DNA from: Enoplolaimus lenunculus
Lineage: Eukaryota
NCBI GenBank assembly: GCA_030248215.1
Contig: JASANG010001546.1
Coordinates: 620,001-684,000 of the forward strand
Length of the DNA: 64,000 nucleotides
Direction of reading: 5' to 3'
Shown: positions 53,490 through 64,000 of the stretch, in pieces
Numbering within the stretch: the stretch's first letter is position 1
Layout: each line of letters starts with the position of its first letter
Notes under the pieces: model-generated
Database searches by the model: none
What the model was told of the DNA's origin: nothing
Seen by the model: the letters and a program-made list of their open reading frames with translations, nothing else
Made by a program: the position numbers and the translations under genes

Positions 53490-54791
53490 AAAATAGTTTT
53501 TAAAAGTTTTGGTACAAACAGTTGTCTATGATCTTGGTATTTCCATTCCATAAAATAACCAAATGAAAACACATTGACCCACCAACTATTTGACCCAAAT
53601 ACAACAATGCCGACCCATCCAAAAGGTATCCTGGCCTAAAACTTGAATATATGTAGCATAACTACAGCTTATTTGGCTGTACCACAAAGGCGTCCCCACG
53701 GTGGGACCTTGGGATGTGACGTATCCTCCCAAATATCCGTAGTGCTCCCCAAAATAGATTCGGTCTAAAAGTAAACAATCTTGAGTTGCAATTGTCGGGG
53801 TTCATGAAAATTGTTCGACTCCCCTCCCCAAATATAATTTTATGCACACGCTTGTGCTGCATCATTGTATTGTATTCTGGTTTTAAAACGTGAAAACTAT
53901 ACTAAATAAACAAATTCTAAAAGCCCAAAAAGAGTCGACATTTAAACTTTTGGGTATCGGATAAAGTTATTCTGAGCTGACTGTGGCGGATTCCAAAATT
54001 TTAGTCGAATTGTGAAGAAACGAATCAAAGTTTGTTTTGGTTCCTTTTGGGGTTTTAGGCCGAGATGGCCGGTCTTCTGCCTTGGATCCGCCAGTGGACT
54101 GAGTGTATTATAAAGAATAAATAGACGGTTTAAAAAGAACAGACGCCTCTATGACGTATATTAGAATATTAATTACACATTATGGTTGGAAGCTAAGTAC
54201 TATTTTAGAATTATCAGTCTTCAGATTTGTACAGCTGGCCCTGCAGATTTTGAGATTTTCAAATTTTGTCATAAGTTCGACTTGGGATCAGATTTTGGCT
54301 TTGGCTTGAGCTTAAACTTTTGAACGCAACTTTTCAAGTTTTACAGACTGTATCAAGATTAAGAAAGATATTATATTCTGAATTTTAGAAATATTAAGCG
54401 AAATGCTATCAACTGAATATGCAGTCTGTTAACAGTTACAATAATCGCTTTCTAAACAATGTTCATTTCTGCCACAACAACCTTCCAATTTCGCAATTGA
54501 AATAACCGCAGAGTTTTCAAGAAATTTAAGTGTTCGGCGATTTAAACTCTTAAAATTTCATTTTCGCGTAACTCGATCCATCTCATTTACGTAAAGTCTA
54601 AAGATGCTTAAGGTAGTTGTTAAAACACGGAACAAGCAACGCAGCAACCGTTTTCGAGTATTAACGAACCTTCGCTGATGAACAAACTATGCTTTATTCT
54701 GAAAGTTGAAATGTTTTCGAAACGTCTGAACTCGGAACGAAATTTAAACCGAAAGGCAACATGAAATTTTAGGAAAACAGGGGACTGTAAG

Positions 54792-55038
54792 CATGTGAGA
54801 CATGTTTGTCCTTTATGTGCACATGCAATATAGTGTCGAGCACCGTATGTATGCTAGCTGGCCACATACGGTCGACACATATAGTCGACGAAAAACGCAG
54901 TTGGAGGCGGGCTACGTGGCGCAGTGCTGGAGTGCTCGCTTAAGGATCCATAGGCTAAGAGTTCGATCCCCGCTCTAGCACGCTTTTCTAGCTGCTTAGT
55001 TGAAAGGTCTGATGTCCCGGTTCCTACCTTGACTGACA
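54792..55038 (+). mobile_element. Second copy of the tRNA-derived SINE-like repeat
   Basis: gggctacgtggcgcagtg...gagttcgatccccgctc...gaaaggtctga.gtcccgg.tcctacct.gactgaca aligns with 17076-17306. Confidence 0.8.
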
Positions 55039-56299
55039 CATCAAAATATAACGCGTTATACTATCAATACAGCTTGAATGGGGGTTATGAAAATACGTAA
55101 GCGACTAGTGCCAGACCCACAGCCGAAGAAAGTAGCGATCGGGTTAATGGTCAGAGGAGAGCCAGTGGTGGCTCAACCCTTTGGAAAAACATCCTGATAG
55201 AAAAGGTTTAGCCCGGCTTGTAAGCCGTGTGAATTTTCAATTATACTTTTTCTAAAATTATTTTGGGCCCCTCGACCAGTTCAGCTGGCTACGGCGTAAT
55301 GATTGCACAATTTTGTTTTAAGTTTAGGTTCCTAATGTGACTAGAGCCAAGTCAAAAGCGAGGATTATTTTTAACTTACGTTTAAAAGCAAAACTCAAGC
55401 CTTCAATGCGAGCCACCAGCTGCAAAATTAAGCTTAACTCATATTGAACGCACAGAAAGGAGAGAAGAATTCATGAATAATTCATATTTAAATTTCATTT
55501 TAAAAATTATTCCTTCCACATTTTTGAAACTTTGTCGAAAAATGTTTCGAAACCTTAAGAATCAATTTGACAATGTATGAGACGGTAACGTGTTAGTCAG
55601 CGTGGTTGCAGTTTAACGCAACGACAGGCACGTAGTCAGCTCACCTTCCTAGGGGGATAAAAAATGTTCAGGAGGGGCATTCCACGGTTTTGAATGAGTT
55701 AAAAGCAAGGTTGGAAATTTTCTTGGGGGGCAAAATGTTTCCAGAGAGGGATGAGCCCCATGGCCCCCCTTGGCTACGGGCCCGCGCAAAGGGGTGCTTC
55801 ATTACTACGAGATGCCATTTAACCGGGGCTGTCTCGACAATTCGTCGCCCGACAACTTGTGATCCGAAATTTCCTTGTAGACTCGATAACTCGTCGGCTG
55901 ACATTGTGCTCAGTTATAAACTTAGGCATAAAATTACGCAAAGGATTATCCTGAGATTTATTCACAGGACACTGGTTAGCGACAATCTGTCGGTTGACGA
56001 ATTGTGATAGATTCTTTTACCAAACCAACGATGGTTTCTCAGTATTAATAATAAGCAAATACAAAATATTACAAATTTTCAAAATTTTATAATTTTGCCC
56101 GAACGGGAAGGTCACCTATGCGCTCCCCTCTGGATTTGCTGGTGTCCGAACTGGTCGTAGATCCCACGAAAAACCAAGCATTTGGCTGTAAACTTGAGAA
56201 AAGTCGACTAAAAGGCGTAATTTGTGGATGCCGTACGAGCAGCTGCTAATGGTAACAGGATAAATCGTAGTTCAGCCGTATGCCATAAGTGACCGTTTA

Positions 56300-56495
56300 G
56301 GATTGCGCTACACTTCACGTCCGGCGCCGGCTGTCACCATCCGTTATTCGTCCGACGTCGGCCCTCGACGTCCGTCACTCGTACGGCGCCTTCCGTTACC
56401 GTCCGTCACCATACGTTCTCGCACGTGAGTTGTTTGCGTACGATACTGAACGGTGACGGACGGCTTCGTACGTCAACAGGCGTATAGCGTAACCC
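56300..56495. mobile_element. CpG-rich Harbinger-like MITE
   Basis: TTA|GGATTGCGCTACAC...GTATAGCGTAACCC|TAA; internal CCGTC/GACGG inverted motifs. Confidence 0.65.
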
Positions 56496-56822
56496 TAACG
56501 CTGCTTACAGAATCACGTCAACGGTTGAATTTCACGAATGTTTTCAAAAATACAACGATTGAACAGAAATATTTGGTTGAACTCAAAATTATTCACAATG
56601 AAATATCTTGGCAAACAGCAATTAAATACAGTTTAGCCGATATTAATAAATAAACAGAGTAAATGCAAGTGTGTTGACGGAATTTTGTGCTTTCAAACCG
56701 TGTTGTTCGCAGAGTTCTTATAGTGAAATTTTCAATTAATTTAGATAACAATGCTGGTAATATAGAATATTTAGCTACAAAACGTAAATTTTTAACATAA
56801 ACACTGATTGACTGTTTTTTAC

Positions 56823-57015
56823 TTGGAGTGAACTTTAAAGTATAGACCTTCCCGTTACATCACAAACAATTTCCGACAAGAGTTACACATCCTTTTGCCC
56901 AAAAACACTCTCTAAGGGAAAAATTGTATTTTTTTACAATAAAATATTTGGAGTGAATTTGAAAGTATAGACCTTCCCGTTATATCACAAACAATTTCCG
57001 ACGAGGTACACATCC
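56823..57015. repeat. Direct duplication of about 69 bp at 125-bp spacing
   Basis: ttggagtgaa.tt.aaagtatagaccttcccgtta.atcacaaacaatttccgac...tacacatcc at 56823 and 56948. Confidence 0.85.
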
Positions 57016-57479
57016 CAACCCCCTTAAATCGATTTTCAAAATTCGCTTCACGCCAATTTTAGCTTTGTTTGTGTTGTAAAATGCTGGAAGAACACAATTG
57101 TAAAAGTTCAACGTTTGTAGACAATTGAACGATAATTGCATTTATATGTAAACATTTTGGATTGAATACAGGATTTGCTACGATGCGAACTGTTTCCTAT
57201 AATATAATTTTTATTACGGGGGGTCGTATGCCAGTGAAAAATGTTGCATTTTTCGCTGGGGGATGCTTTTTTGAAACGGATAACGGATTCGAGAGTGTGG
57301 CCAATACTGGCTAAGGTCCTCTGAACAGGAATCAAACACCAGATTTGGTATTAGGTTTATCGTTAAAATGACGTCCCGGTTTCTCGCCGCTTTGCTGGCA
57401 AGGTTTTCACTACTGTATCTCACACAGTTCCGGTTTTAGAAATTTTTGGATCCGTCACTGTTTGTTACACGATCAACAG

Positions 57480-57560
57480 CAGGGTGCAACCGGAGGTGAA
57501 AAATACCGGAACCGTAGGTCAATAAAACTGACCGGCGCCGGAGGTGAGGTGAAATTAAGT
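57480..57560 (+). mobile_element. Left-end fragment of family F
   Basis: cagggtgcaaccggaggt...gccggaggtgaggtgaaatta matches 63081-63175. Confidence 0.75.
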
Positions 57561-58000
57561 ACTTAATATGATATTTAATTCTCTAATATAATGTTTTTGA
57601 ATAAAGGTATATTTACCGTGTGGATGCAGTGTCATACGACAATTCATGTGCGTTTCCCGGCGGTAGCGGACGCCGTCTGAGATCATTAAAATATTCAAAA
57701 AGTATAGCGGCATCATAGAAATTACATTATTAAAAGGTACAACATCGAATTTTGAACTGCTGAAAATTTGCAAACATCAGGTTTGGGTCAACAACTCACT
57801 CGAATCGATATGGTTCGCTCCGATGGCAGTTTCCATTGTTGCATTGACTGCAAACACAGCACATAAACGATTAAGTCGAACTTCTACAAAGCGTTGACGC
57901 AGTTGCAATATTTACTCTAAAAACGTTCGTTAAATATATTCCTGAAAAAATATCCGATTTCGGAAACATAACGCGGTTCGTTTAAAGTTTTTCCCAAACA

Positions 58001-58305
58001 GGTCCAGGTAAACATTGGGGTGGAAAGTTTTTCTGCGAGTCTGCGATAGCGTAAGCATATTAAGCATCAGCTTTAGACTAATTTTTTTGCATAGGCTTTT
58101 AGGTTTAGTTATAGGCTAATTGTTACGATTAGACTTAAGCCTAAGTATAATCTCATTCTTACGCTTAGGATAAGGCTTAAGCTTACGCTTAGGTATTAGC
58201 CCATTATAACACTTAGACTTAAGTACAAGCGCATTCTTACGCTTAGACTTGAGGCTTAGGAATAATGCTTATACGATTGTTACGGCGTTATTCCATACAT
58301 CGGCC
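58001..58305 (+). mobile_element. TTAGGC-bearing MITE (family A), long diverged copy
   Basis: Eroded TIRs; several cattcttacgcttagg modules. Confidence 0.72.
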
Positions 58306-59044
58306 TCCAAAGATAACAATTAAAGTTCTTTTTAGGGGTATAAAGTAAGGGCTTCGTCGCTAACTGTGAAAGTTGTATACAACACAAGACAGCAGATACT
58401 TTTGCCGGCTTGAGAATAACTGACAGCATCCGCGAAGACAAAGTTCAAAAAAATGTTTTCGCTTGAAAAAATGTTGGCGTTGAAATTATGTTTTCCCAAA
58501 ATGAAATTGTTTGCGCTGTGAGAGTTGAGCGTGAAATTTAATTAAACGCCACTAAGCGAAATCCGGAATTCCGATGGTCAAAATGTACGGCAGTCAGGTC
58601 ATTTTGTGTCGGTTTTAATTGGGTAACACTTCATCCGGTATATTTGGCAGAAACCGCACTCAATCCGGATGGTTATGCCTGGTGCATTGTTTTCGGTATT
58701 TTTCCTTAAAGAGAATTATCTCAAAAACTATTTATTTCATGAATATACGGTTGTATTTTTGCCTTAAATTGAAATCTGTTCAAGCCAAGAAAGCACTTAC
58801 ATAGCTACCACTCCAACAATCCCGATCTTCTTATTAATGACTGGTCAGGGATCCACAATATTTGCTGGTATCACGGAAAAATCTACGGAAAAACGTTTCG
58901 TTATTATCAGTCGCGTTTCTTAGAAAACGACAAAACAAGACGTTGTGGCCTATTTAGAATTTTATTATAACCCCTTCAAACCTCACCTGGTTACAGATGG
59001 ACAAGAGTAGCATCTACCAATGGAACAGGTCGTGACGCTTGGTG

Positions 59045-59113
59045 GGGCCATATATCCGGATGTTAGGCAAGGGCCGTATATCCGGAAGTAAGGCAAGGCC
59101 TTTATTTCCGGTG
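59045..59113. repeat. 26-bp tandem repeat x about 2.6
   Basis: gggccatatatccggatgttaggcaa / gggccgtatatccggaagtaaggcaa / ggcctttatttccgg. Confidence 0.75.
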
Positions 59114-59729
59114 TCTTATAATCTTATACACGTTCTATAACATTTAATGCAAAGTACGCATAAGTATTCCTTTTCTCAAACCTAAGCCTAAACCGTAAAT
59201 GTTGGAAAAGTGTGAGTTCGCTTCTGTACAGCCGTAACGCAATGGCAACCGCGGTCACAGAAACGTTGTAGTAACCAAAATTTAGCAAAAAATATTAAAG
59301 AAATTAAATTTAGAAAAAGAAAAAACTTTCTTGAAGGAAAACAATCATTTCTACAGAGCAGAAATGTAATTGCACAGTTGAAATCAGCTATTTCGGTTAT
59401 GGAAATTAGGCGAAAACATTCAATTAATGGATGCACATTGTTTGACATAATAAGAAATTTGAGAAAAGTTGATTTTTACGTTTATAATTGCAATAAATTA
59501 AAAATTTTGAGTTACAACGCCTTGAAATCTGTGTTCGTAGTGCTGATATGAGGGATTGAATACTCACTAAATGAGATATTTTCACTTAAATTTTAAGGTT
59601 TTTTGATCGGAGAGTATAAACAGAAATAACTAATCAACCATATGGTTTAGAAATAATTTGCAGAAAACTGGTTAAATAAAACATTACAAATAAAAGATTA
59701 ACAAAAACGCAAAACGAAATTGAACATGT

Positions 59730-59946
59730 GGCCAATGTAAAGGACATAAGCGGACCAGTATTATAACCATATTCCTAAACCTAAAGCCTAATAAGCCTAA
59801 GCGTAAGCCAAAGCGTAAAAATGAGCATATTCCTAAGCCTAAACCCTAAGCCTAAGCTTAAGCCAAGCAAAAAATCAGTTAAGTTTAAGCTAACTCTATT
59901 GCAGTCTCACAGAAACACGTTCCGCCCCTGATCTTTTAAACGGGCC
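59730..59946 (-). mobile_element. TTAGGC-bearing MITE (family A)
   Basis: ggccaatgtaaagg...gttccgcccctgatcttttaaacgggcc; CCTAAG tracts. Confidence 0.88.
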
Positions 59947-60354
59947 GGACATGTGAACATAATTATATCAACGGATATGGAACTTGTGGTATGGACGGCA
60001 CAAAAGCGCTATTTCAGGAACGCAATCTCTGCATCAGACCAATTAAACAACCGTTCAGGTCCAATCGGGATTTTTCCATCATTCGATGTACTTAATTAAT
60101 AAATGAACCCAATACACAATTTTCAGTATCTTTTCACACCAACACAACTTTCAAACGTAGCTGACTTGTAAATTTTACGGTGCACAGTTTGAAGGTCACT
60201 TACCGAAACCGCTTTTGGTTTGCAGTTCAAATTTATTACTTAAAATATGACCATTGCAATAAAACCCTTGTACCTCTCTACACGTAGCAGACGGCGGGCG
60301 GCGTCGATGCAACTCTGAGTCAGGCCCAAACATTGCCGATGCAGATGAGGCTCT

Positions 60355-60460
60355 TCCGTAAAACATAAGCTTAAACCTAAGCCTAAACCAAGAAAACAAG
60401 TCTAAAGCCTAAGCTTACACTATTTCAATAGTATAGAAACACGATTCGCTCTTGATTTAC
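60355..60460 (-). mobile_element. Family A fragment
   Basis: cctaagcctaaaccaagaaaacaagtctaaagcctaagcttacactatt...gaaacacgattcgctcttgat. Confidence 0.6.
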
Positions 60461-60649
60461 GACCAGAATGCCAATCATATTTTCCCAAACGACTGATAAA
60501 CAGCTTATGCAAATTGGTTTCCGTCCAATTTTGCCGAAACATTTATGAATGGAACAGAAGTTGTTGTGACAGCCATCATATCAGTGATTATTGCAGTCGT
60601 TGGCGTTACGTTTATATCTTTGCATTAACGTAAAATGACACCCACCCAC

Positions 60650-60839
60650 GCTCGTTTCTTCCAAGCTTAACAGAACTGAAAAAGTCTGTTAAACCCTGTA
60701 AGTCGTCGTTGATTGACTGTAAAGCTGTTATACAAATGTCTTGGCTGTTATCTTTGTTATTAACACAATTTTGCAAAGTTAAACTGGGTTTCAAGTTTAC
60801 AACCTGGGCTGATCTACGGCGGGATAGGGTCGTATGCAT
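60650..60839 (-). CDS. Coding exon 1 (putative start): MHTTLSRRRSAQVVNLKPSLTLQNC...LTDFFSSVKLGRNE
   Basis: First in-frame ATG at 60839, with an in-frame stop shortly upstream of the ORF. Donor C|GTGGGT is phase 1 and completes codon CTG with exon 2. The true 5' end is uncertain because an upstream acceptor or exon is possible. Confidence 0.7.
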
Positions 60840-61639
60840 CCCCCCACCGACTGCCGAGTGGAAATTATTGTCACGGTTAAAATCAAACTTACAGTGCAAA
60901 TTTTTGCTTCAATATCTTGAGATTTCACAGTTTTTTAAGGGCTACGCCCCGAAACTCAACACGACTAATTTTCTATGTGCTTTGACCATATTCTAAGCCA
61001 CAACGCAGTCTGTGTTTAAATATATATTAAGCTTACATAAGGGCGGATCCAGCTAAAATGGGATATGGATCAGCATACCGGTGTACGTATGAGTTTGTGT
61101 GTAACTTGTGGCTGTTTTTATACGAGTAAAATATCTATGAACATGTGCTAAAACATAACATTTTCCACTTGTGCATCCACCCACCGGGAATTTCTGGATC
61201 CGCCACTGATTAATAAAGTTTGAAATTGAGTTGATTTCAAAGTAGAATTCAACTAAATACATCATATGGGTCCGATTTTTGAGTTTATAAAGCAAACTTT
61301 GCCATACATGTGAACATATACCGGTGTATGAAGCTGTTGCAATGACCGTGTGGTGTGATGGTAGCTACGACTCGTTCAAATAGTCTTCCGAGAACTCTAC
61401 TAGCGCTCTGCATATGCTTCGTGGGGGTTTTCTAAAGGGGTTGCTTTGACCCAGTTTAAGCCTTATGGACACCATATTGTTTTCATATTAAGTCATGTTC
61501 ACGTTCGGCAGATGAGAGGGTTATTTCCATTCCGGTCCACAAAAAATTTCAGCTCGATACGCTATATACCTATGAATTTTGATTACTTGAAATCACCAGG
61601 AAGAATTATATTTGATGTCTTAGTACGCTTTACTTGATA

Positions 61640-61781
61640 GTAATTTTAGGGGCGTCCAGGTTTCCGGTGGGTCTAGAAAACAGTAGGTTTAGATTCTAAA
61701 TTATATTTTTTTGCTTAGGCTTAGGCTTAGGCTTAGATATAGGCTTAATCTACTGTTACGCCTCTAAAAGTAACATTGGCT
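61640..61781 (+). mobile_element. TTAGGC-bearing MITE (family A, subfamily 2)
   Basis: gtaattttaggggcgt...acgcctctaaaagtaacattggc; (TTAGGC)3; reverse-complement match to 9644-9827. Confidence 0.82.
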
Positions 61782-62474
61782 AACTGTTTCCACCAGAGCT
61801 TTAGAAACCCGGCACTGGTTATAAGCTAAGCTAAAAGACTCCATTCCTTCATGTCGACGTAAATTCAGCTATTTGAACCAGAAATATACAGGAAGGAAAA
61901 TATCTGATTTGAGACGTTTTCTTATCTGTGATTGTAGGAAATTAAAAAATGTCTGGCGACACAAATAAGACTAATTACACTCAGTTTTATGTTGAAATGA
62001 ATAAAACAGTCACAGATGCAAAAAACCATAAAAGCTGGTTATTATTGTAGGGGGACGCAAGCTTTCTTCTTTCATAAAAATATGGGGTTGTGTTCAAGCC
62101 GTACCCAGCCAAAGTAGGCGTCTTGGACGTATCTTACGTAATAAAATTGGCAAATTCGGTTGTACATTTGCTCCAATTTTGAAATCGGCTCCCGCGGCAA
62201 ATCCTGGTTTGTCTCGAAAATTAGAAAAATTAGTTATTTTACACATACGTTTTTGTTTCATATTTCTGAATCAACCAATGCAAGCTTAAGCCTAAACCTC
62301 CTAAACCTAATTCAAACCTATTTTATGTCACTATGTGAAAATCTCAAAAACTGTTTCGGAGAGCATACAACAACAGGTTTGGATACATCCCTGTCCTACA
62401 AATTCAAAATCATGTAAATAAATTACCTGCAGTGTTAGAAAATATTTAATCTTATGAAAACTTGAACCTAAATA

Positions 62475-62917
62475 CTGTATTGACCCGAATAAGAGGGGGA
62501 GGGTTAATAAGAGGAGTTCCCATTTTGAGTCCAAATGAATTGGAGTCCGTATCCCTAATAAGAATCCGAAACCGGATAGGTTCCCTAAACCCTAATTAGA
62601 GTCCATAAATGTCAATTAACCCTAACTGTAGCGCATAAATGACTCCAGGACCAAATAACTTGAGTTCGAAACTAAAAAAGCGTACTTAAATTTTGAAAGT
62701 ACATTACTAAGTATAACCTTGCATTATTGCTCAAGCTATTGACACAAGACAAACAAACGTTTAATTCAACGGATAATTGCAGTACCGGATATATGTCAGT
62801 AACAAAGGGCGGCAGAGCGTGGGTTAGAAATAAAAGTCTGTAACCGAATAAAAAGGGGAGTACTTTCTGGAGAGGCCAAATAAATATCAGTCCCCCCTCT
62901 TATTCGGGTCACTACAG
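62475..62917. mobile_element. Tc1/mariner-like MITE (a lone TIR also lies at about 30542-30566)
   Basis: TA|CTGTATTGACCCGAATAAGAGGGGGA...TCCCCCCTCTTATTCGGGTCACTACAG|TA. Confidence 0.85.
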
Positions 62918-63080
62918 TATATATATTCTATTTTATATATCTGATTTGTACGAAACATTTGTCTAATCATGCATACGTTATAAACTAAACCAGGCCACGA
63001 TTTTAGGTTATATCAAGCGCATAATTTGCACCATTCCTAGTCTCACAATCTATATATTAAAGTTGTAACGCCCCACATAC

Positions 63081-63446
63081 CAGGGTGCAACCGGAGGTAA
63101 AATTCCGGAGCGGGAGCCCGAGCCGGAGGTCAACGAAACTTGCCGGAGCCGGAGCCGGAGGTGAGGCGAAATTAGTTAGTAAAAATGTTGGTTAATTAGT
63201 TAATGTTCGCCAATATCTGCTATATGTTGTTAAGCTGTTTGGTTTTGCGCTAATTTTGTGCGAAATTTCGGAAATTCTTTCCTGAAAATTGTGACAAGAG
63301 TAAAACGAAACGCGCTAAACAGATAAATTTTGCAAAATTATGCAAAATTTTACTACCGAAATTGCAGGATCGTACGGCAAAAATTCTGCCGGAGACGGAG
63401 GCCGATTTTCTGCCGGAGCCGGAGGCAGACCTCCGGTTGTACCCTG
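63081..63446. mobile_element. hAT-like MITE with a perfect 8-bp TSD (family F variant)
   Basis: TIR CAGGGTRCAACCGGAGGT; TSD CCACATAC at 63073-63080 and 63447-63454; CCGGAG repeats. Confidence 0.93.
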
Positions 63447-64000
63447 CCACATACGTATTTTGGGCAGCGTTTCATACGGACGTGGCAATCAACAAAAATG
63501 CTTTGGAACAAGTCAGCTCTGCCCAAAACAAAGAACATAAAAAAGAATTGTTTTGGGTGCAACTAAAATCGCGATACTTAAAAATAGATAACAGACCGTA
63601 ACAGAATAACATGAGGACAACCCTCTGCGTAGAGAGAATAAATATTAGTCCCTTCCATCGTATTTGGGTCATTACAGTACTGTCTAAACATATTCAACTT
63701 GGAGAGGCCAAGATATTTGTGGGAAGGAACGGCCCTTTCTCTTCTCTTCTTTCAAATTTGAGTGACTAAACAAGTCTCTAAAAATCTTCAACTGGTGGAA
63801 ATGTTTGCGGTGGGTTTGAACGCTTTGTCCCCTCGTTCGATCACTACTGGCATGAATTATAAAAGACTTTGACAAACGTAAAAATGTAATAAATTTTTAA
63901 TTTCGACGCAACTCTCGAATAGCAGCCGCTATTATAATGTGCATAATTTCTGCATTAGCAACACTTTGTGTGACGAGTTAACGATAATTCGAGCTGACAA

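Larger units (their letters stand above)
22..60839 (-). other. Multi-exon protein-coding gene, 3'-incomplete (9 exons visible, about 808 codons); uncharacterised coiled-coil / Ser-Pro-rich protein
   Basis: All eight introns have GT..AG ends and matching phases (1,1,0,1,1,0,0,1). The spliced frame has no stop codon, and junctions rebuild sensible peptides such as ...GRNE-L-VKELEEL... and ...EDLNK-ILLEKD.... The last visible exon ends in a donor (G|GTAAAT at 22/21), so the gene continues beyond the window. Confidence 0.85.

Noticed and set aside
7696..61781. True telomere, or proof that the host is a nematode
   Set aside because: The TTAGGC tracts are short, degenerate, in both orientations and enclosed by TIRs. 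The motif and the few TTTCAG acceptors are not enough to assign a taxon.
63684..63875. Upstream coding exon
   Set aside because: The open frame lacks an in-frame ATG and a strong donor. It may be UTR or chance.

Overview
AT-rich eukaryotic genomic DNA, most likely an invertebrate animal; the taxon cannot be fixed from the sequence. It is not prokaryotic: there are no operons, CRISPR arrays or rRNA. Nearly the whole window is one long spliced gene on the minus strand. Nine GT-AG exons (60839-60650, 51506-51357, 51109-50853, 38744-38342, 8537-8358, 8106-7901, 2529-2383, 1530-1233, 615-22) join with compatible phases into an uninterrupted frame of about 808 codons that continues off the left edge. 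The product is an unrecognised Ser/Pro-rich protein with coiled coils, repeated LDELE-like helices and a 17-aa tandem repeat. The introns (up to 29.8 kb) are packed with short non-autonomous elements: PIF/Harbinger-like (TWA TSD), hAT-like (8-bp TSD), CAC-ended (TA flanks), piggyBac-like (TTAA), Tc1/mariner-like (TA), foldback arrays, tRNA-derived SINE-like heads, and an abundant MITE family carrying telomere-like TTAGGC repeats. No transposase or reverse transcriptase ORF was recognised, and most entries in the ORF track are incidental. All alignments and coordinates were read by eye; repeat boundaries are approximate unless a TSD is quoted.
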